From Candidatus Latescibacterota bacterium (GTDB taxonomy: Bacteria; Latescibacterota; UBA2968), in NCBI GenBank assembly GCA_965198115.1, contig OZ240241.1, forward strand, positions 4,832,001-4,896,000: a stretch of 64,000 nucleotides of DNA. Direction: 5' to 3'. A program made the position numbers and the translations under genes. Positions 31,147 to 42,144 of the stretch are shown here, piece after piece. Below the pieces are notes generated by a model. That model was given only the letters and a program-made list of their open reading frames with translations, did not search any database and was not told the DNA's origin. Numbering within the stretch: position 1 is the first letter of the stretch; each line of letters starts with the position of its first letter.

Positions 31147-34100
31147 ATGTCTCTCTTCGTCTCACCTTCATCAAAACGTCGGCTGGAACGAGCTCGATCC
31201 TGGCTTTCGGATCGAAGTTCTTCCGAGCCGTGTCTGATTCTGTCCGCTCGCCCGGGTGGTGCGGACGATCTGATTCGAGCCGTGGTGGGAGATGTTGGAG
31301 GTGTGTTCGGTTGGTATCGGATGACGTTGTGGCAGGCGGCGACTGCACTGGCCGGTCCGAGTGTTCTTGGAACGCTGGCGACGGGTCTGACGGGTCGAGC
31401 GGTACTGACACGCGCGGTCGATCGGCTGCGTGGAGAGGGTCGACTGGGGCGATTCGCGCCTGTGGCGAATGCGCCTGGATTCGCGACGGCGGCGGGTGAG
31501 ACGGTCGCGGAATTGAGGATGGCGGAACTGGAGCACCGTGACATCGAGCCTCGCTGCGAGGCGCTGGCCGATCTGACTCTGGCCTATGACGACGCGTTGT
31601 CCGACGCCGGGTTGACGGATGTCGCGTCGGTTTTGACGCAAGCAAGCTCGGCGCTGGAGGACGACGGGTTCAGCCATTCGTTGGTCGGTCTTCCGATCCT
31701 TTTGCTGGACGTGAGGCTCTTGTCCAAGCGTGAGGCCGACTTCTGTGGGGCTCTGCTCCATCGATCGGGTTCGTGGCTGGCCACGGTGCCGGAAGGGGAT
31801 GATCGGACGGTCAGAGCGCTCGACGCGACGCGTCTGCCGGATGCAGGTGTCGAGACGTTACCAGGAGCGCACGCGCTAGAGCGTTTCCAGGGAGCCCTGT
31901 TCGGGGACACGTCTCCGATCGAGGAAAATGGAGACATGGCCGATCTGGCGGTTTTCGCGGAGGCGGGCGAACACCTCGAGTGCGTGGAGATCGCAAGACG
32001 CATTCTGCGTACGTGCCGGGAAGGTGTCCGGTTCGATGAAGTGGCCGTGCTTCTGCACGCCCCTCACGCCTACCGCCCTCACCTGGAGGAGGCTTTCGAC
32101 CGAGCTGGCATCCCGGCCTATTTCGCACAGGGGGTGACGCGACCGGATCCATCCGGTCGTGCGCTGATGAGTCTTCTCTACTGTGCGGCCGAGGGGCTCT
32201 CGGCGCGGCGGTTCGCCGAGTATCTATCGCTCGGGCAGGTGCCCGACGCCGCTCCGGATGGGGCACCCCGACAGGCCGATCCAGCTGAAGCGCGATGGCG
32301 CCCATCGGACGATGAGCTGTTGCAGGGACCTGATGAAACCGAAGCCGGATCGCAGCTCGATCTTTTTTCGGCCGCCAGGCAGACGGCGGAAGAGAATGCC
32401 CCCGTTGCTGCAGGGACCCTGCGTGCTCCGCACCGCTGGGAACGGCTTCTGGTCGAGGCTGCGGTCATCGGCGGGCTGGATCGCTGGGAGCGGCGGCTGG
32501 ATGGCCTGGCGGCTTCGCTCGACATGAAGCTGGAAACGCGGGACGATCTGTCCGAGGGCGCACAGGCACGGCTGGAGCAGGAGATTGATCATCTGCGAGG
32601 TCTCAGGGCGTTCGCACTTCCGTTGCTGAGAGATCTGGACGGGTGCCGGGGGCCTGCCGCGTGGGGAGGGTGGATCGATCGTCTTTCGGGGTTGGCGACA
32701 CGGGCGGTTCGAGATCCGGATCGCATCCTGAGCGTTCTGGGCGAGCTTGCGCCTATGCGTGATGTCGGTCCGGTCTCGATCGACGAGGTGTGCCGTGTTC
32801 TGGCCCCGCACCTGCAGGCGTTGACCCTTCCTTCCGAGGGCTCGCGATACGGGCAGGTCTACGTGGGGCCGATCGACGCGGCACGGGGACGGTCGTTCAG
32901 AGAAGTGTTTCTGCCAGGTTTCGCCGAGCGGGTTTTCCCCGGTAAGATCGTTCAGGACCCGATTCTGTCGGACCGGGCCCGGAAGGTGCTGTCGGATCGA
33001 TTGCGTACGAATCGTGATCGCGTCTTGGACGAGCGACTGGCACTGAGACTGGGTGTGGGGGCTGCCTCCCAACATTTGACGGTGTCCTTTCCGCGAGTAG
33101 ATCTGGAGCACGCGCGGCGACGCGTTTCGTCCTTCTACGCTCTGGAGGTGTTCCGGGCAGCGACGGGAACCCTGCCGACGGTGACCGAGCTGGAAGGTCG
33201 GGCACAGGCCGGTCGGTCAACGCGCCCCGGATGGCCGGCGCCGAGGGATCGTGAGGATGCTGTCGACGCGGCGGAGTACGATCTCGCCGTTCTCGAGTCG
33301 TTGCTGGACCTGCCGGAAGACGAAGCGCGTGGCGCGGGGCAGTTTCTGTTGTCGGAGAACGTGCATCTGGCTCGCTCGCTCCGGTGGCGCTGGATGCGTC
33401 ACGCGAACGGTTGGACGGGGGCAGACGGTCTGATGATTCGAAAGCGTCTGGACCGGGATGCGATCGAGGCTCACCGTCTGTCGGCCCGCCCCTACTCGCC
33501 GACCGCGCTGCAGCATTTCGCGACCTGTCCGTATCGATTTTTCCTGCACGGCGTGCAACGATTGTCCCCGCGTGAGGAGGTCGAAGCGATCGAGCAGATG
33601 GACCCGTTGCAGCGGGGGTCGCTCGTCCACGACGTTCAATACGCGACGTTGACGGCTTTGCGGGACGAAAGGTTGCTTCCGGTGACTCCCCTCAATCTGA
33701 CGTTGGCTTATACGGTGCTCGAAAGAGCGGTTACTCGCGTCGGGGCCGAGTATCGTGACCGATTGGCCCCGGCGATCGCGCGTGTCTGGGCGGACGGCGT
33801 GGATGCGATTTACGCAGACCTTCGCGAGTGGCTCCTGCGTATGAGTCAGGATGAGTCAGGATACGTGCCCTGGCGATTCGAACTGTCCTTCGGTCTGTCG
33901 GAGCGTGAACGCGCGGATCCGGATTCGTCTCGTGACGCGGTGGAGTTGAAGGAGGGTTTTCGACTGCGGGGGTGCATCGACCTGGTGGAAAGGAAAGGGG
34001 ATGGCAGCCTGCGGGTGACCGATCACAAGACGGGGTCTGTTCGGGTGCCAGACGGCGCGATCGTGGCCGGGGGCGAGTCGCTTCAGGCGCTGCTCTACGG

Positions 34101-34401
34101 TCTGAGTCTGACGCATCTGCTTCCGGAGACGCCCCGTGTGGATGCCCGTCTCTACTACGCGACGTCGACGGGGGGCTTCACCGAACGAGGGTTCGGTTTA
34201 GACGATGGTGCGAGGGAGATCGCACGCCGGGTGGCAGAAACGATCGACAGCGCGGTCGGGCGCGGGCAGCTGCCTTCGGCGCCGAAGCAGGAAGGGTGCC
34301 GATACTGTGACTTTCAGGTAATCTGCGGATACGGTGAGGAAGGACGCACGAGCAACAAGCCTGACATCCCGAGTCTGACCTGGTTGAGGAGCCTGACGTG
34401 A
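31147..34401 (+). CDS. addB: AddB-like subunit (inactive helicase plus PD-(D/E)XK nuclease with Fe-S staple)
   Basis: SPTALQHFATCPYRF, LRGCIDLVE, DHKTG and CRYCDFQVIC; coupled to the UvrD gene by a GTGA overlap. Confidence 0.85.
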   Translation: MSLFVSPSSKRRLERARSWLSDRSSSEPCLILSARPGGADDLIRAVVGDVGGVFGWYRMTLWQAATALAGPSVLGTLATGLTGRAVLTRAVDRLRGEGRLGRFAPVANAPGFATAAGETVAELRMAELEHRDIEPRCEALADLTLAYDDALSDAGLTDVASVLTQASSALEDDGFSHSLVGLPILLLDVRLLSKREADFCGALLHRSGSWLATVPEGDDRTVRALDATRLPDAGVETLPGAHALERFQGALFGDTSPIEENGDMADLAVFAEAGEHLECVEIARRILRTCREGVRFDEVAVLLHAPHAYRPHLEEAFDRAGIPAYFAQGVTRPDPSGRALMSLLYCAAEGLSARRFAEYLSLGQVPDAAPDGAPRQADPAEARWRPSDDELLQGPDETEAGSQLDLFSAARQTAEENAPVAAGTLRAPHRWERLLVEAAVIGGLDRWERRLDGLAASLDMKLETRDDLSEGAQARLEQEIDHLRGLRAFALPLLRDLDGCRGPAAWGGWIDRLSGLATRAVRDPDRILSVLGELAPMRDVGPVSIDEVCRVLAPHLQALTLPSEGSRYGQVYVGPIDAARGRSFREVFLPGFAERVFPGKIVQDPILSDRARKVLSDRLRTNRDRVLDERLALRLGVGAASQHLTVSFPRVDLEHARRRVSSFYALEVFRAATGTLPTVTELEGRAQAGRSTRPGWPAPRDREDAVDAAEYDLAVLESLLDLPEDEARGAGQFLLSENVHLARSLRWRWMRHANGWTGADGLMIRKRLDRDAIEAHRLSARPYSPTALQHFATCPYRFFLHGVQRLSPREEVEAIEQMDPLQRGSLVHDVQYATLTALRDERLLPVTPLNLTLAYTVLERAVTRVGAEYRDRLAPAIARVWADGVDAIYADLREWLLRMSQDESGYVPWRFELSFGLSERERADPDSSRDAVELKEGFRLRGCIDLVERKGDGSLRVTDHKTGSVRVPDGAIVAGGESLQALLYGLSLTHLLPETPRVDARLYYATSTGGFTERGFGLDDGAREIARRVAETIDSAVGRGQLPSAPKQEGCRYCDFQVICGYGEEGRTSNKPDIPSLTWLRSLT

Positions 34402-37400
34402 CCGATCTGCGAGAACGGGCCGTCGATTCCGATGCACCGCTCGTCGATGCCGATACGCGTGAACGCATCGCGGAAGATCTGGACACCACCCTGTTTGTCG
34501 AAGCGGCGGCCGGAACGGGCAAAACGACCGAATTGGTGAACCGTATGATCGCTCTGGTGCGGTCGGGACGAGCCCAGCTGGAAGGGATGGTGGCCGTGAC
34601 GTTCACGGAAGCCGCCGCCGGGGAGCTGAAGCTGAGGCTGCGTGAAGAGATCGAACGGTGCAGGAACGAGGATGACTCAGATACCTTGGCGCGAGATCGC
34701 TTCGCCGCCGCGCTCGAACAGCTCGAGGTTGCCCACATCGGGACGATCCACGGGTTCTGCGGAGACGTACTGCGCGAGTATCCGATCGAGGCGGGCATCG
34801 ATCCGGCGTTCGAAGTCGCGCCCGAGGACACGGCGCGTGGGCTTCAGGACCGAGCGTTCGACGACTGGTTCCAGCAGATCCTCGACGATCCGCCTCCGGG
34901 TGTTCGCCGTGCTCTCCGTCGAAGACCCTTTCGGGCGGGCGAGGCCCCCTCCGGCTCGCTGAGGGCGGCGGTCGCCACACTGTGTGAGCACCGGGACTTT
35001 CCGGCCAGCTGGAAGACGGTCCCGTTCGATCGGGATGCCGCGCTCGATGGTGTGGTCGACAGGCTGGAGGAGATGGCCGCCGTCGCCTCCGGCGCCTACC
35101 GACCGCAGGCTTATCTGACCCGTCATTTTAACGATGTGGCCCGGTTCGTCGAAGAGATCGAGGTCCGTGAACGGGCGACGGGGGATCGTGACTACGATGG
35201 AATCGAGGCTTCGATGAACGATCTGGCGCGTGCTCGCGGGTGGGGGTACCGGGGACACGGGGACGTGTTCGCCAGGGAGACGTCGATGGCCGACGCGTTG
35301 GCGCTCAGGGATCGGGCGAAGGCTGAAATCGACGCGTTCAGGTCCGAAGCGGAAGCCGACCTCGCCGCGTCGTTGCACGCGGAGCTGCGTCCAGTGGTCG
35401 AGGCCTACGAGGCGTTGAAGTTGCGGGAAGGTCGGCTCGACTTCCTCGACCTGCTCGTTCGAACGCGGGACCTGGTTGTGTCGGACGTGGATGTTCGTGC
35501 GGATCTTCAGACCCGGTTCACGCACTTTTTTGTGGACGAATTCCAGGATACGGATCCGCTCCAGGCCGAGATCCTGTTGCTCCTCTCGGCAGCGGATCGG
35601 GAGGAACCAGACCCGAGTCGCGTAAAGCCGGTACCCGGGAAGCTGTTTTTGGTCGGCGACCCGAAGCAATCGATCTACCGGTTTCGACGGGCAGATGTTT
35701 CGCTCTACGAACGGACGAAACGTCAACTGGTGGAAGCCGGTGCCGAGGTCGTCTATCTGAGGACGAGCTTTCGGAGCGTGCCTTCGATCCAGGACGCCGT
35801 GAACGCAGCGTTCGCGCCTCATATGAGGGGGGCGGAGGATGGTCATCAAGCCGATTACGTGGCGCTCGAACCGTTTCGCGAAAAGGTTGAAGATCAGCCG
35901 ACGGTCGTCGCCCTTCCGGTGCCGCGGCCTTACAGTCATTTCGGGCGCCTGACGATGAATGCGGTTGCCGCGTCCTATCCGGACGCGGTGGGAGCGTTCG
36001 TCGAATGGCTGGTCCGGGAGTCGGGATGGACGGTCGGGGAAGGGGAGTCGAGGCGTCCGGTCGTTGCGAGTGACGTGTGTGTCCTGTTTCGGCGCTTCCA
36101 GAGTTTTTTCCAGGATGTGACGCGTCCCTACGTTCGGGCGCTGGAGGCCCGCCGTCTCTCGCACGTGCTCGTCGGCGGACGTTCCTTTCACGAACGAGAA
36201 GAAATTCTTGCGCTGCGCAATGGGTTGTCGGCGATCGAGAGGCCCGACGATACGCTTCGGGTTTACGCGACTCTGCGCGGCCCCCTTTTCGGGTTCGGCG
36301 ACGACGTGTTGCTGGCTTTCCGCCACGCCGCGAAGGGGTCGCTCCACCCCCTCCGGTCTTACGCACTCGGGGATTTCGACGATTCGCTACACGACGTCGT
36401 CGAGGCGTTAGCCATCCTCGGCCGGCTTCACGGGTCGCGAAATCGTCGCCCGATTTCCCACACGATCAGTCTGTTGCTGCGAGCGGTTCGTGCCCACGCC
36501 GGCATCGCCATTGGAGCCGCCGGCGACCAGGCACTGGCGAACACGATGCGACTGATCGAGCGGGCGCACCGGTTCGAGCGACGCGGTGCATCCTCGTTCA
36601 GGTCCTTCGTGGAGCTGCTGGAGGACGAAGCGGAGCGAGGTCTTGCCGAGGAAGCGGCGCTCGTGGAGGAAGGCACAGAGGGTGTCCGGATCATGACCGC
36701 TCACAAGGCCAAAGGACTCGAATTCCCCGTGGTGATTCTGGGTGATCCGATGTGTCGGGCGACCCGAGAACCGTCGCGGTATTCCGACAGTGAGCGAGGG
36801 CTTTGGGCGGAGAGGCTTTGCGGAGCGGCACCCCGGGATCTTCTCGACCACGCAGACGTGGAGCGGGAAAGGGACGAGGCGGAGGCGATTCGCGTGGCGT
36901 ACGTCGCCGCGACGCGGACACGCGACCTGCTTGTGGTGCCGACCGTGGGTGATGATGAGATGACGGGATGGCTGGAGGTCCTGAATCCAATCGTGTATCC
37001 ACAGGCCGACCGGAAGCGCCAGGCCGAGAGGGCACCGGCGTGTCCCGACTTCGGTGAAGACAGTGTCCGTTCGAGACCCAGACACCCCTCGTTGGAGGAC
37101 GCGACGTCCGTGACACCCGGTCTGCATCGGCCGGCCCTCGGGGGTCATGCCGTCGTCTGGTGGGACCCGAACGTTCTGGATCTCGACCGGATGCCTCGCG
37201 CGGGGTTGAGGCATCAGAAGATCTTGGAAACGCCCGATGCCGAACGGATCCCGACGAGCGGCGACGACTACGCGAACTGGCGCGCGGCCAGAGACCGGAC
37301 GATCGAACGGAGCCGGAGACCTGCGATGACGATAAGTCGGGTTACCGAGCGAGCGGAGGCGACCGCCCGGGACGATGAAATCCGCGTCGAGCGTCTGACC

Positions 37401-37856
37401 GTGGATCGGTCGGTCAGACCGTCGGGGAAGCGGTTTGGCGCCCTCGTCCACGCAGCCCTCGCTGTGGTGCCACTCGACGCAGACGAGGAAAGTGTGCGTC
37501 AGTCCATCCACGCACACGGCCGCCAGTTCGGGTCGACGGCGGAAGAAAACACGTCGGCCGCTGACGTTGTGACGACGGCATTGAGACATCCCGTCGTTCG
37601 GCGTGCAATGACATCGAGTGAGATACGCCGGGAAGCCCCTGTATACTACCTCGAAGACGATCGTGAGGTGGTCGAAGGGTATGTGGATCTGGCGTATTTC
37701 GACGACGGATCGGGGACGTGGGTCGTGGTGGATTTCAAGACCGATGCTGTCATCGGCGATCGACACACGGACTACACTGCTCAGGTCGCGCACTACTGTA
37801 GAGGAATCGAGAAAGCGACGGGCTGTTCGGCCGAGGGGATACTCCTGGTCTTGTAG
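34398..37856 (+). CDS. addA: AddA-like UvrD helicase-nuclease
   Basis: AAAGTGKT, TFTEAAA, VDEFQDTD, VGDPKQSIYRFR, TAHKAKGLEFP, YVAATR and the C-terminal nuclease GYVDL...VDFKT. Confidence 0.9.
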   Translation: MTDLRERAVDSDAPLVDADTRERIAEDLDTTLFVEAAAGTGKTTELVNRMIALVRSGRAQLEGMVAVTFTEAAAGELKLRLREEIERCRNEDDSDTLARDRFAAALEQLEVAHIGTIHGFCGDVLREYPIEAGIDPAFEVAPEDTARGLQDRAFDDWFQQILDDPPPGVRRALRRRPFRAGEAPSGSLRAAVATLCEHRDFPASWKTVPFDRDAALDGVVDRLEEMAAVASGAYRPQAYLTRHFNDVARFVEEIEVRERATGDRDYDGIEASMNDLARARGWGYRGHGDVFARETSMADALALRDRAKAEIDAFRSEAEADLAASLHAELRPVVEAYEALKLREGRLDFLDLLVRTRDLVVSDVDVRADLQTRFTHFFVDEFQDTDPLQAEILLLLSAADREEPDPSRVKPVPGKLFLVGDPKQSIYRFRRADVSLYERTKRQLVEAGAEVVYLRTSFRSVPSIQDAVNAAFAPHMRGAEDGHQADYVALEPFREKVEDQPTVVALPVPRPYSHFGRLTMNAVAASYPDAVGAFVEWLVRESGWTVGEGESRRPVVASDVCVLFRRFQSFFQDVTRPYVRALEARRLSHVLVGGRSFHEREEILALRNGLSAIERPDDTLRVYATLRGPLFGFGDDVLLAFRHAAKGSLHPLRSYALGDFDDSLHDVVEALAILGRLHGSRNRRPISHTISLLLRAVRAHAGIAIGAAGDQALANTMRLIERAHRFERRGASSFRSFVELLEDEAERGLAEEAALVEEGTEGVRIMTAHKAKGLEFPVVILGDPMCRATREPSRYSDSERGLWAERLCGAAPRDLLDHADVERERDEAEAIRVAYVAATRTRDLLVVPTVGDDEMTGWLEVLNPIVYPQADRKRQAERAPACPDFGEDSVRSRPRHPSLEDATSVTPGLHRPALGGHAVVWWDPNVLDLDRMPRAGLRHQKILETPDAERIPTSGDDYANWRAARDRTIERSRRPAMTISRVTERAEATARDDEIRVERLTVDRSVRPSGKRFGALVHAALAVVPLDADEESVRQSIHAHGRQFGSTAEENTSAADVVTTALRHPVVRRAMTSSEIRREAPVYYLEDDREVVEGYVDLAYFDDGSGTWVVVDFKTDAVIGDRHTDYTAQVAHYCRGIEKATGCSAEGILLVL

Positions 37857-37877
37857 GGAGGTCTCACGTGTAGAATG

Positions 37878-37912
37878 AAAAAGGCCGGTCGACTTAGTCG
37901 AACCGGCCTCTT
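37878..37912. terminator. Bidirectional intrinsic terminator
   Basis: AAAAAGGCCGGTCGAC-TTA-GTCGAACCGGCCTCTT between convergent genes. Confidence 0.7.
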
Positions 37913-37930
37913 GTGTGCGGTGGAGCAGGA

Positions 37931-38290
37931 TCAGCGCTTTCCGTTGGTTCCGTCCTTGAGGGATTGGCGCAGCGTGTTTCGAGCGTCGGCGAATTCCTTC
38001 AAATTCTCCGCGACCGATTCGGACCGCGACCCGAGGTAGGGCCTCAGCTTTTCTGCCAGCTGGGGGCTGTGGCGTGGCCCGGCGGCCGAGTCGTCGCGAT
38101 ACAGTTCGGCGACGGTGGTGCTGAGAGCACGTGCAATCCCCTCGAGATACTGAACGGAAAGTCTCCGCGTTCCCCCCTCGAGTTGCGTGTAAAAGGGACG
38201 GGAGATACCCATCCTTTCCGAGACGTCCTTCGCAGACATCCCCCTCGCTTTACGCAGATCCCGAATTCGCTTCCGAATGTCTACAGCCAT
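37931..38290 (-). CDS. XRE-family HTH transcriptional regulator
   Basis: IRDLRKARGMS..DVSERMGISRPFYTQLEGGTRRL..L..IARAL. Confidence 0.9.
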   Translation of the reverse strand: MAVDIRKRIRDLRKARGMSAKDVSERMGISRPFYTQLEGGTRRLSVQYLEGIARALSTTVAELYRDDSAAGPRHSPQLAEKLRPYLGSRSESVAENLKEFADARNTLRQSLKDGTNGKR

Positions 38291-38531
38291 TGAGCAGCTC
38301 CGTAGGTCATTTCAAGCCCGGCATCAAGGACTAAGAATACCAGCAAGGCGTCCACTGTCAAACCTTTTTTCACCAGAAGGCCAAGTAACCGCATACTAGT
38401 CAGGAAGTTGCGCCTGATTCACCCAGAAATGGCGATTAGGCCAGGTTCAGAACCGAATCCTCCGGCTGCGGAACGGAGGGCAATGTCAGGGAGAAGCTCG
38501 TTCCCCCATCTCCGGATTGGACATCCGTTTT

Positions 38532-39989
38532 TCAGGTGCGTGCCAGCTCACACCAGTAACTCAGGGTATTTCCCGGACGAGGGCCCGGGCGGGATTGCAC
38601 CGTGACAGACCCGTTGAGAACATTCCAGCGCAGCGCCAGGTCGAAATGCAAATCGTGGGGTTTTCTGGATGCGTCTTCGGTTCGAAGATCTCCGCCGATC
38701 CGGCCCCGCAGGCGATCGTCTTCGAACGCCGTGTCACTCATACAGGTGATTGGCTGATCGTCAACCTGCACTTCGATCGCAACGCCCTCGCCGATCGTGA
38801 GTGTGAGGGGGATCTCCCCGATGTCGGTATGGATGGCACCACGCCAGTGGCCGACGAGGGCCGGGTGAGACGCAACGGGCTCGCGTTCGATCTGGTCGTT
38901 GTCCACGACGGGGGACTCGGCGTCGGAATAGTTGGGCAAGACGGTGCGGAGGATCAGATGGGCGACTTCAATCGGGAGCTCATCGGTTGTGTTGCACAGC
39001 ACGGCGACGGCTACGTTTGCTGAAGGGACGAGTGCGAGCCGCGTTCGGACGCCTCCCATGTTGCCGTCGTGCCCGACCGTACGATAGCCGTTCTGGTCTT
39101 CGTCGATGCGCCACCCGATCCCGTAACCAACGCCTGGTGAGATTTGGGCGGTGGGCTGCTGCATCGATTCAATGGCAGGGTCGGAGAGGATGGGGTGTTG
39201 ATCGTCGAGATGGGTTTTGAGGTGAAACATCCCGAAGCGCAGGAGGTCGTGGGCGCTGCAGTAGACCGCGCTCGCACCCGGGTGATCAAAGCCATAGAAA
39301 GGAATAGGGGTCCCGTTTTTGTCGTATCGTTCCGCGGTGAACGGGCTGAGCCCCGGTCCGATGTCGACGGAGGCGCGGGTTAGTCCGAGTGGGTCGAGCA
39401 CTTCCTTCTTGAGGAAGGTCGCATAATCGGTCCCCGAGACACGCTCGATGATGTAGTCGAGGAGACCGAAACCGAAGTTAGCGTACTGATACCGCTCACC
39501 GGGTGCGGAGACAAGATGGCCGTATTTCAGGATCGACAGATCACGATGGGGGGGTGAGAGACCCTCGTCTTCGTAGAAGAAGTGGCAATGAGTCGGCAGA
39601 CCGGATGTATGATTCGCGACCCTTCGAACGGTGGCACCCCGAGCCGCTTCGACCGGTCCTGGAAAGTCACCGTGGCCATCGGGCGACGCGCCGATATGAC
39701 CCTGAACCTTGGCGTCGCCGAGGTATTCGTTGATGGGCGCGTCGAGGTCGATCTCCCCTCGCTCCACGAGGATCATCAACGCCGTTGCCGTGATCGGTTT
39801 GCTGATCGAGGCGAGGGAATACATCACGTGGGGATCGGCGGCGAGACGTCGCTCGCGGCTCGCCCAACCGAAACCTTCTTCCCACAGGAATTCGCCATCC
39901 TTCGAGACCGCGAGCGAAAGAGACGGTATTCCCGATTCGTTAAGACGTTCGTGTATTTCTTGTCGAATGGGCTCAATGTATTCAGACAT
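38532..39989 (-). CDS. Serine hydrolase, beta-lactamase family
   Basis: ASISK (SxxK), HTSGL, YANFG (YxN) and GHDG. Confidence 0.92.
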   Translation of the reverse strand: MSEYIEPIRQEIHERLNESGIPSLSLAVSKDGEFLWEEGFGWASRERRLAADPHVMYSLASISKPITATALMILVERGEIDLDAPINEYLGDAKVQGHIGASPDGHGDFPGPVEAARGATVRRVANHTSGLPTHCHFFYEDEGLSPPHRDLSILKYGHLVSAPGERYQYANFGFGLLDYIIERVSGTDYATFLKKEVLDPLGLTRASVDIGPGLSPFTAERYDKNGTPIPFYGFDHPGASAVYCSAHDLLRFGMFHLKTHLDDQHPILSDPAIESMQQPTAQISPGVGYGIGWRIDEDQNGYRTVGHDGNMGGVRTRLALVPSANVAVAVLCNTTDELPIEVAHLILRTVLPNYSDAESPVVDNDQIEREPVASHPALVGHWRGAIHTDIGEIPLTLTIGEGVAIEVQVDDQPITCMSDTAFEDDRLRGRIGGDLRTEDASRKPHDLHFDLALRWNVLNGSVTVQSRPGPRPGNTLSYWCELART

Positions 39990-40183
39990 GCCGGTCTCCG
40001 GGTCTCTATATGAATCGCTCGTCAGGAACCGTTGTCAACCCGGGAACCGTGAACGGTCTGTTGTGAACAGTCCGAGCCCCGAGGCCCTCTACAGGCTCGA
40101 TGCGTTGACAGTCATTCTGGGCGACACTACCTTGCCGAACCTGAGGATGCGACCCCGATGAGTGGTGGACCAAACGAGAAACG

Positions 40184-42100
40184 ATGAAAAGATTCCATAT
40201 CGCTGTGCTCAGCCTCCTCCTTTCCGCGACGTGGCAGGGAGTTGCGTGGGGCCAAGAACCCCTGCTGATGAACGTTCTCTCGTTCGACGGAGAAAGTACG
40301 TACATCGAACTGCCCCAGAATCTGTTCGACACGTTGGACGAGGGCACGATCGAGGTCTGGGTCAAGTGGGAGAAGTTCCAGAATTGGTCGCGTGTCATCG
40401 ATTTTGGGCACGAGAGCAACGCCTTCGTCCTACAGAACGAAAAGAAGAAGAACACGATCAACTTCGCGATTTGGGATGAGCGTGGGAAACGGCATCGAAT
40501 CCAGACTAAGAAGCGCGTCCGCAAGGGTGTTTGGCACCACCTGGCGATGGTCTTCGGTCGAAGCGGAATGGCGTTTTACGTCGACGGCGAGGTCGTGGGA
40601 TCTGACCCGTATGAAGGAGGGCCGAGTGCAGCGGCCGGAGGGCACAACTACGTGGGGAAATCCAACTGGCCGAAGGACAAGCTATTTAAGGGTCAGATGG
40701 CCGAACTTCGCGTCTGGGACCTCGTTTGTCGCTCGATGACGTGGTGCGTGGAAAGGGCCGGAGACTGCGTGGGAACGAGCCAGGTTTGATCGGCTACTGG
40801 AGGCTGGACGACGCGACGGAGGATCGAATTCCGAGTGGTCTGGAAACGGGTTATGCAGGCCGGGCGGTCGGACGGGTGATGGTGAACGCCATTCCTGCCA
40901 TCGATCGGTTCCTGGTGCGGGGAGAGCTCGAAAAGGAGGCTGAACTGGCCTATGGCAGAGGTGCTGTGGCCTTCGAAGGACAGGACTACGCGACGGCCAC
41001 GCACGCTTTCGAATCGGCTCTTTCGTTCGTTGCCGACTTCCAAGACGCTGCTGCAAACCGAGACAGGGCCCGGTATCAGTGGAACCTCTCGATGGCAGAG
41101 GCGGCTTACGTGGAAGCGACGACGCACCTCGATGGTGGCGATGCCATTCGCGCTTATTGGGCGTTCGATCGAGCGATCGAAAAGGTTCCGAACTACAAGG
41201 ACGCCGCTGGCAAGCGGCAAAGAGCCCTGGAGGAGGCGACCTACAGGGTGGGTCTTTTTGTGCTCTCGTCGGAGAGGATTCGAGAGCAGTTCAAGCCGAC
41301 GGCGGGGGAAGAGACCGGACGTCTGGGTCGCTGGGCCCACGCGATTCGTCGAGCGGGAAGGACGAATGTGTTCAACAAGCCCGATAGAGCAGATAGGGTG
41401 CAACGATTGCTCTACAGTCATCTGCTCGAAGGGATCGAGAAGGCCAAGCCGCCTTACGTCGAACTCGTCGGTAAGGACGAAGTCCATCGTTTGATCGAAA
41501 GGGCTGGGGCAAACGCCCGCCTCGCCCATCGGGACCAGGTGATCGAGGCGTGCCGGAGTAACGGTGTGGATGTCCTGCTTTTCGGGGAGCTGACGACGGC
41601 CTACACGCTCTACTCACGGGAGAGCGAGGAGAAGAAGGCTTTTACGGTCAAGAAAGAGGAGTACACGGATGCTGATGGAAAGAAGAAGAAACGCGAGGTG
41701 AAGGATCGACACTTCACCTACCACCGTGTGAACGCGGAATCGAAAATGGAATGCGTGATGACGTGCCAGCTTGTGAATACGTCGTCCGGAACCGTGATCT
41801 GGGAAGGTTCGGTCAGGGCGGCGGACGAGGACGAGGTCGACTTTGTCGATTGGAACAACTTCAAAGGCGTCCGCAAAAACAATCTGCGCTACGAGAAGGA
41901 TGGGAAGATCAGACGCCTGCCTTCTGACGAGTTGTCTGTTTTCGACACCCGGTCGACGTTGGCGACCGAGGACGGCCTGCTCGACTGGGGTGCGCAGAAG
42001 ATGGGACTGGACCTGACACAGACCGTTCTGGAGCGGATGAGGTACTATTCTCCAGGCGTCACTCTTTCAGGAGTTTCGGGGACCGACCGTAGGCTGTATC
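40184..42100 (+). CDS. Secreted LamG (ConA-like) plus TPR plus CsgG/LpoB-like protein, frameshift near 40725; 3' end uncertain
   Basis: Signal peptide; TIEVWVKW, WHHLA, FYVDG, FKGQMAELRVW, GLIGYWRLD; TPR-like helices; LVNTSSGTVIWEG strand motif. Confidence 0.7.
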
Positions 42101-42144
42101 CCTCTATCATTCTCGCGCTGCTCCCATTCTTCGACGGAATACGT

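Noticed and set aside
34677-37793. Long minus-strand ORFs of 556 and 461 aa
   Set aside because: They are antisense shadows of addA, typical of GC-rich DNA.
31147-37856. Helicase-nuclease pair as a novel defence system
   Set aside because: Domain order and motifs fit housekeeping AddAB.
38532-39989. Antibiotic-resistance beta-lactamase
   Set aside because: It is a generic serine hydrolase with no signal peptide, so the activity cannot be assigned.
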